Notes under the pieces: generated by a model
Seen by the model: the letters and a program-made list of their open reading frames with translations, nothing else
Told to the model about the DNA's origin: nothing
The model's database searches: none
Position numbers and translations under genes: made by a program
Assembly: GCF_006345805.1 (NCBI RefSeq)
Contig: NC_043012.1
Span: 6,944,001 to 7,008,000 of the forward strand
Reading direction: 5' to 3'
Length of the DNA stretch: 64,000 nt
Source: Octopus sinensis
Taxonomy: Eukaryota
Shown: positions 39,806 to 53,287 of the stretch, piece by piece
Numbering within the stretch: position 1 is the first letter of the stretch
How the letters are laid out: every line of letters begins with the position of its first letter

Positions 39806-40528
39806 TGCAAGCACCTTGTCCGACGCCTTAACATGCTACATATAACTGGTTCTTTATTTATAGGCTTCAAACGATAAAATGTGAAATTGACCTAGGCGAG
39901 ATTTGAACCTGGAGTGCTGGGAGTTTGACCATATATGCTGAAGTATATTCTCTCCTGCTCTAGACATAAGGCCCGAAATTTTGGGGGGAGAGAGCCAGGC
40001 AATTAAATCGACCCAGAACGCAACTGGTACTACAGTTATCGATCTCGAAAGGATGAAAGGCAAGGTCGACCTCGGTGGTATTTGAACTCAGAACGTTAAG
40101 ACAGACGAAATACTGCTAAGCATTTAGCCCGGCGTGCTAACGTTTCTGCCAGCTCGCCCGCAGTATGCCAAAGTATATTTCAGTTCGCCGCCTGACGCTA
40201 AAGGTGTAAAAAAGCCCTTATAAAACAACTAGCATCGTATTATAAAGTAGTGGAAGGCAGTGAGTTGGTAGAATTGTTAAAGGGTCGGACACAATGTTTT
40301 GCAGTATTTGCGTCGGTGTTTTACATTTTGTGTTCCATTGCCACCGAGTTCAAAATTTGCCTGTCATCCTTTTGGAATCAACAAAATATAGTTCCACTTC
40401 AAGTACTGCTCGTGCTTTCTCTAAATGAGAAACCACTTAAAGTAGCGTGTGAGCAGACCGTAAAAATACGCTGATGGGACGGGTTTTAGTCACCCCCTTA
40501 TATAAATGAGTTTTGAAACACGGCACGC

Positions 40529-40628
40529 NNNNNNNNNNNNNNNNNNNNNNNNNNNNNNNNNNNNNNNNNNNNNNNNNNNNNNNNNNNNNNNNNNNNNNNN
40601 NNNNNNNNNNNNNNNNNNNNNNNNNNNN
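40529..40628. other. Assembly gap (100 N)
   Basis: Run of N. Confidence 0.99.
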
Positions 40629-40900
40629 TTCTTTTTTTTCTTCCCTTCTTTCCTTCTTTCTTCTTCTTTCTTTCCTTCTTCTTCTCTTTCTTTCTTTCTT
40701 CTCATTGATTCAATTATTACAGATGGCAGAAACCCGTTAGCTGCATGGAACAAATGCTTGGCGTGTTTCATGCGATATAATACGTTCGACTTTACCTTTC
40801 ATCCTTTGAGCGGAGGGTCGATAAAACAAGTACCACCTGAATACTAAAGTCGATGTAATCAACTTAGGCCCGCCAAATTGCTGGCCTTATGCCAAAGTTG

Positions 40901-40954
<54 letters not shown>

Positions 40955-41764
40955 TTGATTTTTATTATAAGGTGGCGAGCTGGCTAAATCGTTATACGCT
41001 GGACGAAATGTTTAACGGTATTTCGCCCGTCGCTATGTTCTGAGTTCAAATTCAGCCGAAGTCGACTTTGCCTTTCACTCTTTCAGGGTCGATAAATTGA
41101 TTACCAGTTGAACATCGGGGTCGATGTAATTGACTTATCCCCACCTCCCCCAAGTGCCCTTGTGGCAAAAATATTATTATTATTATTATTATTATTGAGT
41201 GAGAGAGCAGTGCACGCCATCAAATTGTCACTGTGGTAAAATATACAAAGCCCAGAATACCCATCATGACTACCTTTCTAATAAGGGTACACTAGGCACA
41301 TGCATCTCAACCATATGTGCGCGACATGGTGATCTCATATCAAGATAAACAGCGCATGACCTTGCAGGTGGGGGCCCAGTTAGAGTGTTCTTCTGGTTGA
41401 GTAACCCATCCCGCTCAAAAGGTCCCTGAATAACGGTTGTTTAAGGATGTTGAACGACACAGCCATGTTTCCAAAAGTAAATTATCCAAACCCCAAATAA
41501 TTCCTTTCAACACATGGCTATGATGCTCCCCAACTACTTCTGCACGTGATCAGAGATGCGCATATCGTCAGCCACTAAGGGACATGCTGAACTGGGTAAG
41601 GTCAAACAACTGACAAGCAAATCTGTGGTATTGAGCAGAATATTTGCTGTAATCCTTCTTTGCGTATCTTGAACGATATTACAGAGCATAACATTCGATT
41701 TCTTTTTTTTTCTTCAAGTAATCATATTATTCAGAATGAAAGCGGCGAGCTGGCAGAACTCTTT

Positions 41765-42185
41765 CGATTATAGGCACAAGGCCCGAAGTTTGTGGGGAGG
41801 GGACTAGTCAATTACATCGGCCCCAGAATTTCGCTGGTACTTAATTTATTGACCCCGAAAGAATGAAAGGCAAAGTCGACCTTGCTGGAATTTGGACTCA
41901 GAACGTAGCGACGGGCGAAATACTGCTAAGCATTTCGCCCGGCGTGCTAACGTTTCTGCCAGCTCGCCGCATTTATGCAACCTGGCTGAATCGTAATAGC
42001 GCCGGACAAAATGCTTAGCGGTTTTTCCTCCAACTCTACGTTCCGAGTTCAAATTCCACCTAGGTCGACTTTGCCTTTCGCCCTTTCGGAGTCGATGAAA
42101 TAAGTACCGGTTAAATGTTGTGACGGATGGTATCGATTAACCCCTACCCTCCAAAATTTCAAACCTTGTGCCTATAGTAGAAAAC
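41765..42185. mobile_element. Head-to-head pair of family A SINEs (41765-41968 minus, 41975-42185 plus)
   Basis: The minus copy ends ctgccagctcgccgc at about 41968. A plus copy begins within about 10 bp. Confidence 0.8.
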
Positions 42186-42836
42186 TTTTGTTTTTTTTAA
42201 GAGACATACAAAGTGTTTAGCGGTAACAGACACAGAAACAAGTTCTATATATAAACATACTCCATACATACACAATGTTTGAATAAGCCACATAACCTTG
42301 AAAGTATTGTTCATAGAATTATAATAAAAATTGCACTTTTCACTTACACTGAGCGGTTCATTCATCAGTTCACAAATATTCCTTGTTTTAATGCACATAA
42401 AATGCTCATTTTTAGTTGTATCTATTTAATATTATAGTTATATTTATTTACGATGAAAAGGTATTACTGCGAGTTATAATCCACAAACATACACATCGTT
42501 ACTATTATGTTAAACTGTCGTATGTCTAAATTTGGCTAAATGCGTTATTTTTCAATATATATTTTTGCTTACAATAGCCAGTTCTTTTGGTCAAACTATC
42601 GTAACTCCAGCTACTTCAGACGGTAGCATATGAAAATTGTCAAAGTGTAGTACAACGGTTTAGCATTTTTCATTTTTCAAAAGTGTAGTAAGTCCCACAT
42701 AAGACAGTTTTCGTTTTCCGAAAAAGTAACGTTTTGGACTTACGACACTTTTGCATAATAGCAACGATATGCATTATATCCATGTATATGTCTATATCTA
42801 TCTATCCTATCTATCTATATATATATATATATATAT

Positions 42837-42873
<37 letters not shown>

Positions 42874-42963
42874 CATAAGATCGTTATTTAAATAAAAATA
42901 ACGATTTTATCAAGTGGTCAGCCTGTTTTTTTCCATGCTGACCACTTGATAAAATTGTTATAT

Positions 42964-42995
<32 letters not shown>

Positions 42996-43906
42996 TATAT
43001 ATACATACATATATTCATACACGCACACACATACATGTAATATTTATATACGTTGTCAGACGTAATAAGCATATATTCGTGAACCGGAGTCAGTCTCTAT
43101 CTATCTATCTACTACTACGCAATCGTGCAGTGTCCAGCAATTTTCCCACCTGTGGGCTTATGTCGACGACTGCTGTCACGTGTGGGACTGTCGGTTTATC
43201 AGCCGAGTCTTGTTAATATCGTCACGCCTCCTTCCTTCAAACGGGAAGGAAGAGCTATTTTTATCATACTTGTGGCTATGGCGAAGAAATGTATCTGTGG
43301 GACGCGTTCTGAAAGGATTAGAGACAAACCTTTCCTCTCTGGTCAATCTCTCATCAACTTCTCTTCAAGTATCACTTGAAAAAAAATGAGAGTAGAGAGG
43401 CAAGTTTTGTCTAGTGAATGTTTTAAAAAAAGATGGGTGAATGTAGCAAGGATGGCACGTATGAATGACGAAGCCACTGACTATGATTCTATGAACCGTA
43501 AAAATTAATACAGAGAGTTGCTATTTGCAAAAAAAAAAAAAAAAAAGAAATATAACATGTGACTTCATTGACCGAGGTTACCGTGGTCTTTTCCGTAGGC
43601 TTTTCTTTCCACGGGTAAACCTCACCTGTCCCCCCCCCCCACCTTTACACTTCATTTGACATTTCTGTGATAACGATCCCTATTGATCAATTTTTTTTTT
43701 TCCTCTCCCCTTTTTTTTAACCCTCCCTTTTTTTTGTCCTCTTTCTCTCCTTTTACGATCCCTTTTGATCGACCCCCCCCCTTTTTTATTTTATTTTTAT
43801 TTTTTATTTATTTATTTATTTATTTTTTTAAACCTTCAAAAGAAAAGCTCTACCTTGTAATTTGTTCTATCTGTGTGCAGCCCTGTGTGGCTAATAAAGA
43901 AACATA

Positions 43907-44040
43907 TCCATCCATCCATCCATCCATCCATCCATCCATCCATCCATCCATCCATCCATCCATCCATCCATCCATCCATCCATCCATCCATCCATCCATC
44001 CATCCATCCATCCATCTATCTATCTATCTATCTATCTATT
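43907..44040. repeat. (CATC)n then (TATC)n microsatellite
   Basis: Direct reading. Confidence 0.97.
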
Positions 44041-46083
44041 ATCTGTGTGTGTGTGAACGCGCGCGCACGTGTGTATGTGTGTATGCCCGCATGTGAATGC
44101 ATACGTGTGTGCGTTTCTAAGCCATAATTCAACACTACATGTTTCTACCCACCGGAAAGAAAAACAAAATAGGTTTTTTGCTCCGCCATTTTTTTCCTAT
44201 TCCGAAGAACTTATTATCCTTCAGTAACTAAAGACTGAAATTATTGCAAGATTCAAAATGCGATGCCAATATATTCTAATAGCCTCTTTCAATTCTTCGG
44301 AATCTTTACTGAATGACGACTCATGCGAAGTCTTGATATTTCCCCAAACTCTCGAACTGAAGTATCTAAATTTCGTTCCCATTCTTCTAGAATTTTCCTA
44401 TGCATCTGACAGAACTAATTAGCTATCAATTTATAAATATGTAAAACGGTTGGCAGCAGATGATGAAGAATATTTCAACTGCTGCTATCAGATTGTCGAA
44501 AACTGACGCCAAATGGATGCAGACGATAATTGGAAAGGGGTCAAAAGTAATGAAATAGCGCCCCTAGTGGCATATTCACACAACGCGAGCAAAGAAAGGC
44601 AATCCAGAGAAGTTAATAAGTGAAATAATACCCCAACCTTTCTCTTATTGGCAGAAAAACCTGATTATTCTAATTGAAATAGGATTACACACTCAGCATA
44701 GTTTCTCTGCAAGACCGAAATATTAAATGCAGTTTCTGTGTCCCTGTATTCGTAAAGGATTGTGAATGCGTGGGTGTTGCTTATGTGACTCTTACACATA
44801 CATAAATATATATGCTTGTGCTTGTGTGTGAGTGTGTGTGCTTGTGTGTGTGTTTTTTATTGTGAATGTGAACCTGCGCTGACGGGTATGGACGTATGGG
44901 ACAACACACATGCATACGCCCACACAAACACACACATACACACACACACATTCTCCTCGTGGGTCTAGTCTTTGGCATTCCATCTTTCTTTGTTGCAGCT
45001 ATTTTAGCTTCCACTTACGTCTCATTCGCTATAATCCTCAGAGAAGCAGAGGAATCACAGAATCTCATGTCTTTCTCTCCTGTAAACAATTTCTGTCCTT
45101 ATTAAAAAATCATTATCATTTCCCTTTACTCCCGCTGTCTTCCCTCTTATTTATTTTCAAATTAATGTATTTAGATATTTATGCATTTATGTATGTTTCT
45201 ATGCACTTGTGGGAGGACATTGATATATTCACACATGTATGTATGTATATGATTATATATGAGTTTGTATGTATTTAAGCATGCATATACACCTAATTTT
45301 TTTGTTATTTATCCATGTATGCATCCAAGTATATACGTACGTATACAATCATATATGTATGTATGTATGTATGTTTCTTCTATTGTTTAATTATTATAAA
45401 TCTTTCACTGAGGAGGGCGCCTGTTTCCAGCAAAGATACAGGGCTCCATCTTTGGGATGTTGTTAACACAGACGAAGTCACATTTGGAACTTGAGAAAAG
45501 GCTTGAATGTTTTTATTGTTCCACTCACAGATTGAACCTGTAAAGTACGAATTAGCCGGTCGATTTCTCTTTCTGAAAATCTCAATTTATCCAGATTTTC
45601 CTATGAGCATTTACTAACAAAACCTATTTATGTATGTATGTATGTATGTATGTATGTATGTATGTATGTATGTAGTATGTATGTATGTATGCACAGGAGG
45701 GCAAAATAGCACACACCGGACGGGAACAAACTCACCCCTCATCAGTTATCGACCAAACATGATAACACTTTTGACGCCTTCTCCAAATATTGTTCAGTTT
45801 AGGAGCATTTGTGTGTATGTGCGTGTGTGTGTCTGTGTGTCTCTGTGTGTGTGTATATGAGAAAAGTATAATAAATAGAAAATGCACTTTATACAAATTG
45901 TTCTCTACGCCTGTTTCGCTATTGTTCGCTCTATTTAATCTGTGTATCATAACGGGTAATACTAATGACATAACAAAAACAACCATACAATTCTAGTAGA
46001 AGAAACCAGGATGACGATGCTACACCATTCACTTGTATCAGACGTTCTCCTAGTAAAACCTCTGTGCATATGTGTGTGTGTGT

Positions 46084-46131
<48 letters not shown>

Positions 46132-46354
46132 TGTGTATGTTTGTCCGTCTGTGTGTGTATAAACCTACATAGTAAACATAGAAATATCGCATATGTAACT
46201 ATTTCTCCTTAGAAATGAAAAACATTGTGAACAGCTTTAAGATATCTAAATACATACATACATATATGTAGACCTTTATAGACACACACACACACAGCAT
46301 TATATATGTATATGCGTATGTATACATTAAATTCATAGATATAAACAAACAGAC

Positions 46355-46621
<267 letters not shown>

Positions 46622-47135
46622 ATACACAGAAAATTAAGCCTGATGCACAACCACATTATCAAATAGGTCGATAATCAATGAAAAAATCTCATTTAGAGAT
46701 ATATATAAAAAAATAATTGAAAAATCCGAATGAAGAAGAGAAATAAAAAACAACGTATTGTAGTTTTCATTAAATTCTCGAATTAAAATGTTTTGAAAGC
46801 CAAGATTAACACAGATGTATAATTTTTTTCTTTTTGCGATCTTTTTAAAATCTATCAACGATTTCTTGCTAACGTTGTATATTCTGGTTCTTTTCGTTTT
46901 GCTAAGCATTTTATATGCTACTTCTAATTTGCATTTAGCTCGTCACAATCAATTGCAACGATCCAAATGAATACCGTTTAATTAACACTGGATGACCTAA
47001 AATGTATTTCTTTTATTTTCATACATACCACACCACACACACACAATATATAATATATATATAATATACATAATATATATATATACATATATATATATAT
47101 AACATATATATATATATATTACTATATTATGTAAC

Positions 47136-47166
<31 letters not shown>

Positions 47167-47199
47167 CACATATATTATATATATACATATATAATATAC

Positions 47200-47232
<33 letters not shown>

Positions 47233-47267
47233 AGTCATATATATATATATATATATAATATATATAT

Positions 47268-47311
<44 letters not shown>

Positions 47312-47350
47312 TATATACATATATATACATATTATATATATTTATATATT

Positions 47351-47393
<43 letters not shown>

Positions 47394-48221
47394 ATATATA
47401 TATATATATATATATTATTATATATATGACCACAGCTCGTGAGCTGAAACTAGATAAAATGAAAAAAAAAAAAGAAAATGAAATTAATTCTTTTTAAAAA
47501 GATAAATACATATATAGGTTGTGTGGTAAAGAAATTCGCTTCGCAATCACATGATCCCCGGTTCAGTTCCCCTAGACGGCAACTTGGGCAAGTGTTTCTA
47601 ATTTAACTTCGAACCGACGACCAATGCGCTGCGAGTGGATTATAGACAATGTGTGTGAACCTGTATGTATGTCTCTTCTGCTTTTAATCATTTACATTCT
47701 TCCTCCGAAGAAAGATCTGGTTTCTAACAAAGATACAAAGCTCCATTGTTAGAATGTAGATAAGGAAAACAAGGTCACATTTTAAACCCGAGAAATGTCT
47801 TGCGAAGCTTTAGTGTTCCGCTTACAGGTTGCATTTCTAAAATGCGAATCATTTGGTTGATTTCTTTTTCCGAAAATCCAAGCTTATCCAGGCTGACAGT
47901 TAGACATTTACGATTATTATTGGTATACATGTAAATTTGTAATCTGGATATAAAAGCTGGTCATGTATGTATGTATGTATGTATGTATGTATGTATGTAT
48001 GTATGTGAGCGCCTGCGTGCTTTTAGTACTTCTATTTAACATTCACAGCCTCTTATCCTGTACGACAGCTGTTTCTAGCTTGTTTACAGCTCTATCAACT
48101 CGCAGTTCGTCAAGAGACAGCACAAATAACAGTAGTAGAGTGAGTTTGTTCGATTCGACCCCTCAAGACGGTACCCCGGCAGTAAAAGAAAAACAAATTA
48201 AGACGCACACACACAAACAAT

Positions 48222-48261
<40 letters not shown>

Positions 48262-48291
48262 ATATATATTATATAGATATATATATGATAT

Positions 48292-48332
<41 letters not shown>

Positions 48333-48336
<4 letters not shown>

Positions 48337-48631
48337 AAGGAAATGAAGAAAATGCTGACAAAATAATTAAATAATTTATTAGTTGAGAGTTCTTTTTACC
48401 GGTTACGCATTTGTTATGCTTATCAAAGAATTTTTTAAAGAGAGATAGAGTTCCTTTCTGATAGATTTTTTTCCTCTTATCTGATAAGAGGAAAAAAAAT
48501 CAATCAGAAAGGAACTCTATCTCTCTTAAAAATATCTTTTGATAAGCATAACAAATGCGTAAACGGTAAAAAGAACTCTCACCTAATAATGACTTAAATA
48601 TTTTGTCAGCATTTTCTTCATTCATTTTATA
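48333..48631. repeat. About 300-bp imperfect palindrome (about 148-bp arms, 1-nt centre at 48482) embedded in (TA)n
   Basis: Centre cctcttatc-t-gataagagg. Arms pair out to aaatgaagaaaatgctgacaaaat / attttgtcagcattttcttcatt. Confidence 0.93.
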
Positions 48632-49395
48632 TATATATATATAATATATATATATTATATTATATATATAATATATATATTACTGCATTAACGTTTAGAC
48701 TGTGCTTGTTTCGGATATATCATATACTGACGAAAGCAATTTACATTTGAACCCTAAAGGATAACTCAATATATTCGATAGAGTACATAATTATTATTCT
48801 TCAGAATAGAGTTGACACTAACTTCGATGCATAGCCTTCGAATCCGATTACAATTAAAGAGGCCGACACTACGAAGTCACCGTTAATTATATTCTTCCAA
48901 AATTATAATTTTGATATACACACACAAACACACGCGAACACACACACATATATATGTATGTATGTATGTTGTATGGATGGATTCCAGGTAGCAGAGAAAG
49001 ACGTGTACACGGCGACTAACGGCAAGAAGGTCATAATACACTTACAGATCAGCGGATTCCATTAGCTAACTTTCGTTCCAGAACCAGAGTTTACGTATAA
49101 AGTTTACTTGCAAACGACATGGTCTTTCATGCACAGAACAGCAGAATGGCATCTATGTCATCTTTCAGTTCTCCGGAGAAAACAGCTTAGAAGTTCTAAA
49201 TACATTTGTAATAATAAAAAAGAAAAAAAAAACAGAAAAAACCCCCAAAACCACAAGCTTTGCCCTCGAACACTTTGAGTTTTATCCCTTTTCTGTTCTT
49301 TCTTCTTTTTATCATTTGCAAGTACCTTTTCTCTTTCCCTGAGAATACCTATAAATATATGTGTGTGTGTGTGTGTGTGTGTGAGCCATGTCGTT

Positions 49396-49428
<33 letters not shown>

Positions 49429-49658
49429 TCTTCATTTAAATAGCTAAAGTGTCACAGAGATACACACAAGTTAATGATTCTAATCGAACAAAACCTGCCG
49501 CTAACATATATATGTAAACATTATGATTATTATTATATATTATATATTAATATATATATATATATATAATATATATATATATATAATATATAAATATATA
49601 TGTACACTCACACACACAATATATATATATGTATGTATGTATATATATTTATATATAA

Positions 49659-49990
49659 GACCCCCTTCGGTCATGAATGACCATGGGATTGCACCTAGAA
49701 AGTTACCCTCCTAGACACAAGTCCGGGCAAGGTTGTTTATGGAAGACCAGCAGTCGCCCATGCATACCGGCCTCCCTCTCCACGCCACCAGTGTTATCCA
49801 AGGGGAAAGACAAAGGTCGATACAGCTTGGCACCAGTGACGTCGCAACTCATTTCTACAGCTGAGTGAACTGAGCAACGTGAAATAAAGTGCTTTGCTCA
49901 AGAACACAACAACGCAGCCCCCGGTCGGGTATTCGAGCTCACAACCTCACGATCGTAAGCTCGACGCTCTAACCACTGAGCCATGCGCCT
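49659..49990 (-). mobile_element. SINE family C, near consensus; another copy at 55044-55365 (-)
   Basis: Head aggcgcatggctcagtggttagagcgtcgagcttacgatcgtgagg (tRNA-like A and B boxes). The tail has a ggtca-ttca-tgacc stem-loop. Confidence 0.88.
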
Positions 49991-50254
49991 TCACACACAC
50001 ACATATATATATATATATATAAATTTAAAATTGAGGATAAAATCTTTATAAGAAATTATCAGTAGTTAGCGTGAAAAACCTCGTAAGAGAAAAAATCCGT
50101 AAATTTTTCCACTTTGAAAATATTTATTTATATTATATAGAGGGTACTACTATTCATAGATACCGCACGCTAAGAGGGACCCTTGCGGTCAAAACTACTA
50201 AAATAAAGAAAATTGTACCGAATGTAAAACTTCAAAGCACGCCATTTAGAAAAA

Positions 50255-50331
50255 GAATTTAGTTACATATCACCTGTGATTTCGCAATTAATGCAGAATA
50301 TGCATTCTATGCTCATCAGTGCAACAAACTC
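50255..50331 (-). ncRNA. Type I hammerhead ribozyme, canonical core
   Basis: Minus strand: gagttt-gttgca-CUGAUGA-GCA(...)UGC-GAA-AUCAC-ag-GUGAU-A-uguaac-u-aaauuc. Stem I is 6 bp, a 1-nt bulge, then 6 bp. The cleavage triplet is AUA. Confidence 0.87.
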
Positions 50332-50554
50332 AAGACATATATACATATATATATATATGTATGTATATATATATATACACATATATGTATGTATGATAAA
50401 TATGGGTAGTTTATCCTGTTCATGTTATATTACTCGCATTATCCTGCATTTGAGAATAAAATTATTTCCTTGTATATATATATCTTTCTCTCTCTCTCTC
50501 TCTCCCTCTATATATATATATAGAGAGAGAGATACATATATATATATGTATCTA

Positions 50555-50585
<31 letters not shown>

Positions 50586-51234
50586 ATCTATAAGTATTAT
50601 ATATATATGTATATGTGTGTGTGTATATATAAATTCATATGCATGTATACATGTATGTATGCTTGTGTGTATATGTGTATTCCGGCTGTCACCATTAATC
50701 TCCTATTTGAACAGAAGCGTTGATATTTACAATCACCTCGCTTTTAGTTGCCAATGTATTTTTATTAAATCATTCATAGAAAGAGAACTAAAAACAAAGA
50801 ATGGAAAAATAACAAAAAAAAGAAAACAAGAAGATATTTCTCTGCTGAAACTGAAGATTATAAATCATAGAGAAAATATTAAAAAAAGTAAAATGGAACC
50901 ACAATGCCTCATTGAATATCTCAAAATCTGATAAATCTTTTAGTAAATGTTTTAGCGTATTATTGAAGAAATCCGATTGATTTATTGATTGGAAATTTCC
51001 CTATATGTCACAACTCATATTTTATATATTTAAAAATTTTTGTTTCTACGAGTTTTTACCGATAGATTTTGCGAGATCAGTCGAGGTATTTGAGTCTAGG
51101 TGGAGGTCAATAAATGCTACGATTTTTACTAGACTCTCAGAAGTGACAGATTAAAGCAGTTACCCAGAAATGAGAAATGGTTCTTCCATACTGGGAGACT
51201 GGGGCCTTCTCTAGAATGTGTGCGTGTGTGTGTG

Positions 51235-51585
51235 TGTGTTTTACTTGTTTCAGTCATTGGAATGCAGCCAAGTTGGGGGCATAGCTTTGAATGCTTTAGT
51301 CGAACAAATCGACCCCAAAACTCGTATTGTAAACCTGGTACTTGTTCTGTCGGGGTCTCTTGCCGAACCGCTAAGTTACGAGGATGTAAACAAACCAACA
51401 ACGGCTATCAAGCGGTGGTGCGGGACAAACATACCCAGAAACACACGCACATGCACACACACACACACACCACACAGGCACACACATACACACATATGTA
51501 TATACGATGGGCTTCTTTTAGTTTCCCTCTACCAAATCCATCCATAAGGCTTTGGTCGGCTCGAGGCTGTAGTAGAAGACATTTG
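51235..51585 (-). mobile_element. SINE family B lacking head
   Basis: Tail, gaaccgctaagttacg block, internal (CA)n, ctaccaaatcca block. Confidence 0.82.
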
Positions 51586-53287
51586 GTTATTGAATGTAAC
51601 AAGTTTTGAAGTTCACTTGTTTCTAATGGATATTTAATGTCTTAAATAATTGCAGCGAATCAGTGATTGGTCAACTGAACGCCTCTTTGAATTGCAGCAA
51701 TTAATGAAGCGTTTATGATTATACGCAATAAAAACAAATTACGATGAAGTTTATCTTTCAATCCTACGATGCAATAAAATAAGCGCCAGTCATGTATTAC
51801 GATCGTTTAAATAGGTTGTATTTCTTCCCCACATGCTTCAGATCTTCCAGTCAACAGTTAAGAGAGTCAGCCATTAGATATGGCTGAAAAAGAATGATGA
51901 AACCTGATTAGAGAAGAGAAGTATGTGAATCAAGCCGGTAGCTGTTTGCCTATATGACAAGTTGGAACTGCATAACTACACAATTTGAATGGCGTTGATC
52001 TTAAGCTGGAAGGCCTAAGATCGATCCCGTAGCGGGGTTTCACATCAGGGAGTGGAGTGAGTGCGCTGTAAAGCCGTCGAGAGAAAGGACTCGAAATGGT
52101 GAGTATTTTCACCTGATAACCCCTGAAACCTACTGGCTTCCAACAGGGAGTACTTATACGTGTAAGCTGTTTACAAGTCCCTTTCCTCCACTGCATCTTG
52201 TGACGATGTCAGAAATTTTTCTAGAGTCGATTTAAAAGATCCACGTATATTAATAATATGTATTTCATATATCCAAATCGATGAAAAAGAAAAAGCAAAG
52301 CCAAGTTTGGTGAGATATGAGGATGCTGTTTCAGAAAGACAAAACTAATTGCTGTAAGGCGTTTATTCCACCGCTCTACTGTTCCTGACAGCTAGCCTGC
52401 CGTCACACGCGTCATAAATAATACTCCATCTCTATTAAATTAAGCTAAAGACAGCATCCCGCACCTTCATCTTTAACCGATCAGGCATGTGAATGAAATG
52501 ATAATTAGCCGTCTCTTCCTGTCATTAGAGAAAACTGAATGCTTTTTGAATTCTATTTGAAGTAGAGGGTTAATCTAATTTGGACAACAATTCCAGACGG
52601 AGGAGTTGACCTAAAGCAGGTCATGAACCCTCCCTAACTTTGACCTTAGAGTTGCAGAAATTTCTTGATGAAGCTTCCTGTCATTAATGTACGACCCAAA
52701 AGAAATGAAATAAAATAGAATAAAATAATGTCGTAAACTTTATAAATATCTGAATTGGAAAAGGTTGAGAGTACACTAGTAGGTTTCCTGTTGATGTGAA
52801 GATGAGAGAAAAAACATTAGACAAAGATCGAGAGAGTGACGGAGAAATGGCGGGCAAACTTGCAGAACAAGATAAAGAGAGACTGAATGAGGCTAAAAGA
52901 ATAAGGAAAAAAAAAGGAGGGGGGGGAAACAGCAGTTGTGGCTAGGGTACATGCTGTGCGTTGACGAATCACTTGGTAATTATTTTGGTTCTTCGTTTTT
53001 GATATTTTTGCAATATTTTAGAGTAAGGAGTAGGTTGGAGAAATTGCAAGGCTTTTGGCAACAATTCAAGAACTTGTACTAATCTATAAAAAAGAATAAA
53101 AAACAACAATAAGCGGAGGCATAGCTGTAGTGATTAAGATGCTCGTGTTGTAATCATATGCTTTCACGTTCGGTCTCACTGCACAGTACCTTCGGCAAGT
53201 GTCTTCCTCTAAAACCCTGGGCCTACTAATGCCTTGTGAGTGAATTTAATAGACAGAAACTCATCTTGTACATATATATATATATTT

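Noticed and set aside
45895-45945. Minus-strand gagcgaacaatagc-GAAAC-aggc-GUA-gag
   Set aside because: The 3' half looks hammerhead-like, but CUGANGA and the 5' strand of stem I are absent.
47428-47460. Hammerhead-like agctc-gt-gagct-GAAAC-UA
   Set aside because: It matches the CR1-type LINE 3' terminal stem-loop seen at 53288-53320, and there is no CUGANGA or stem I.
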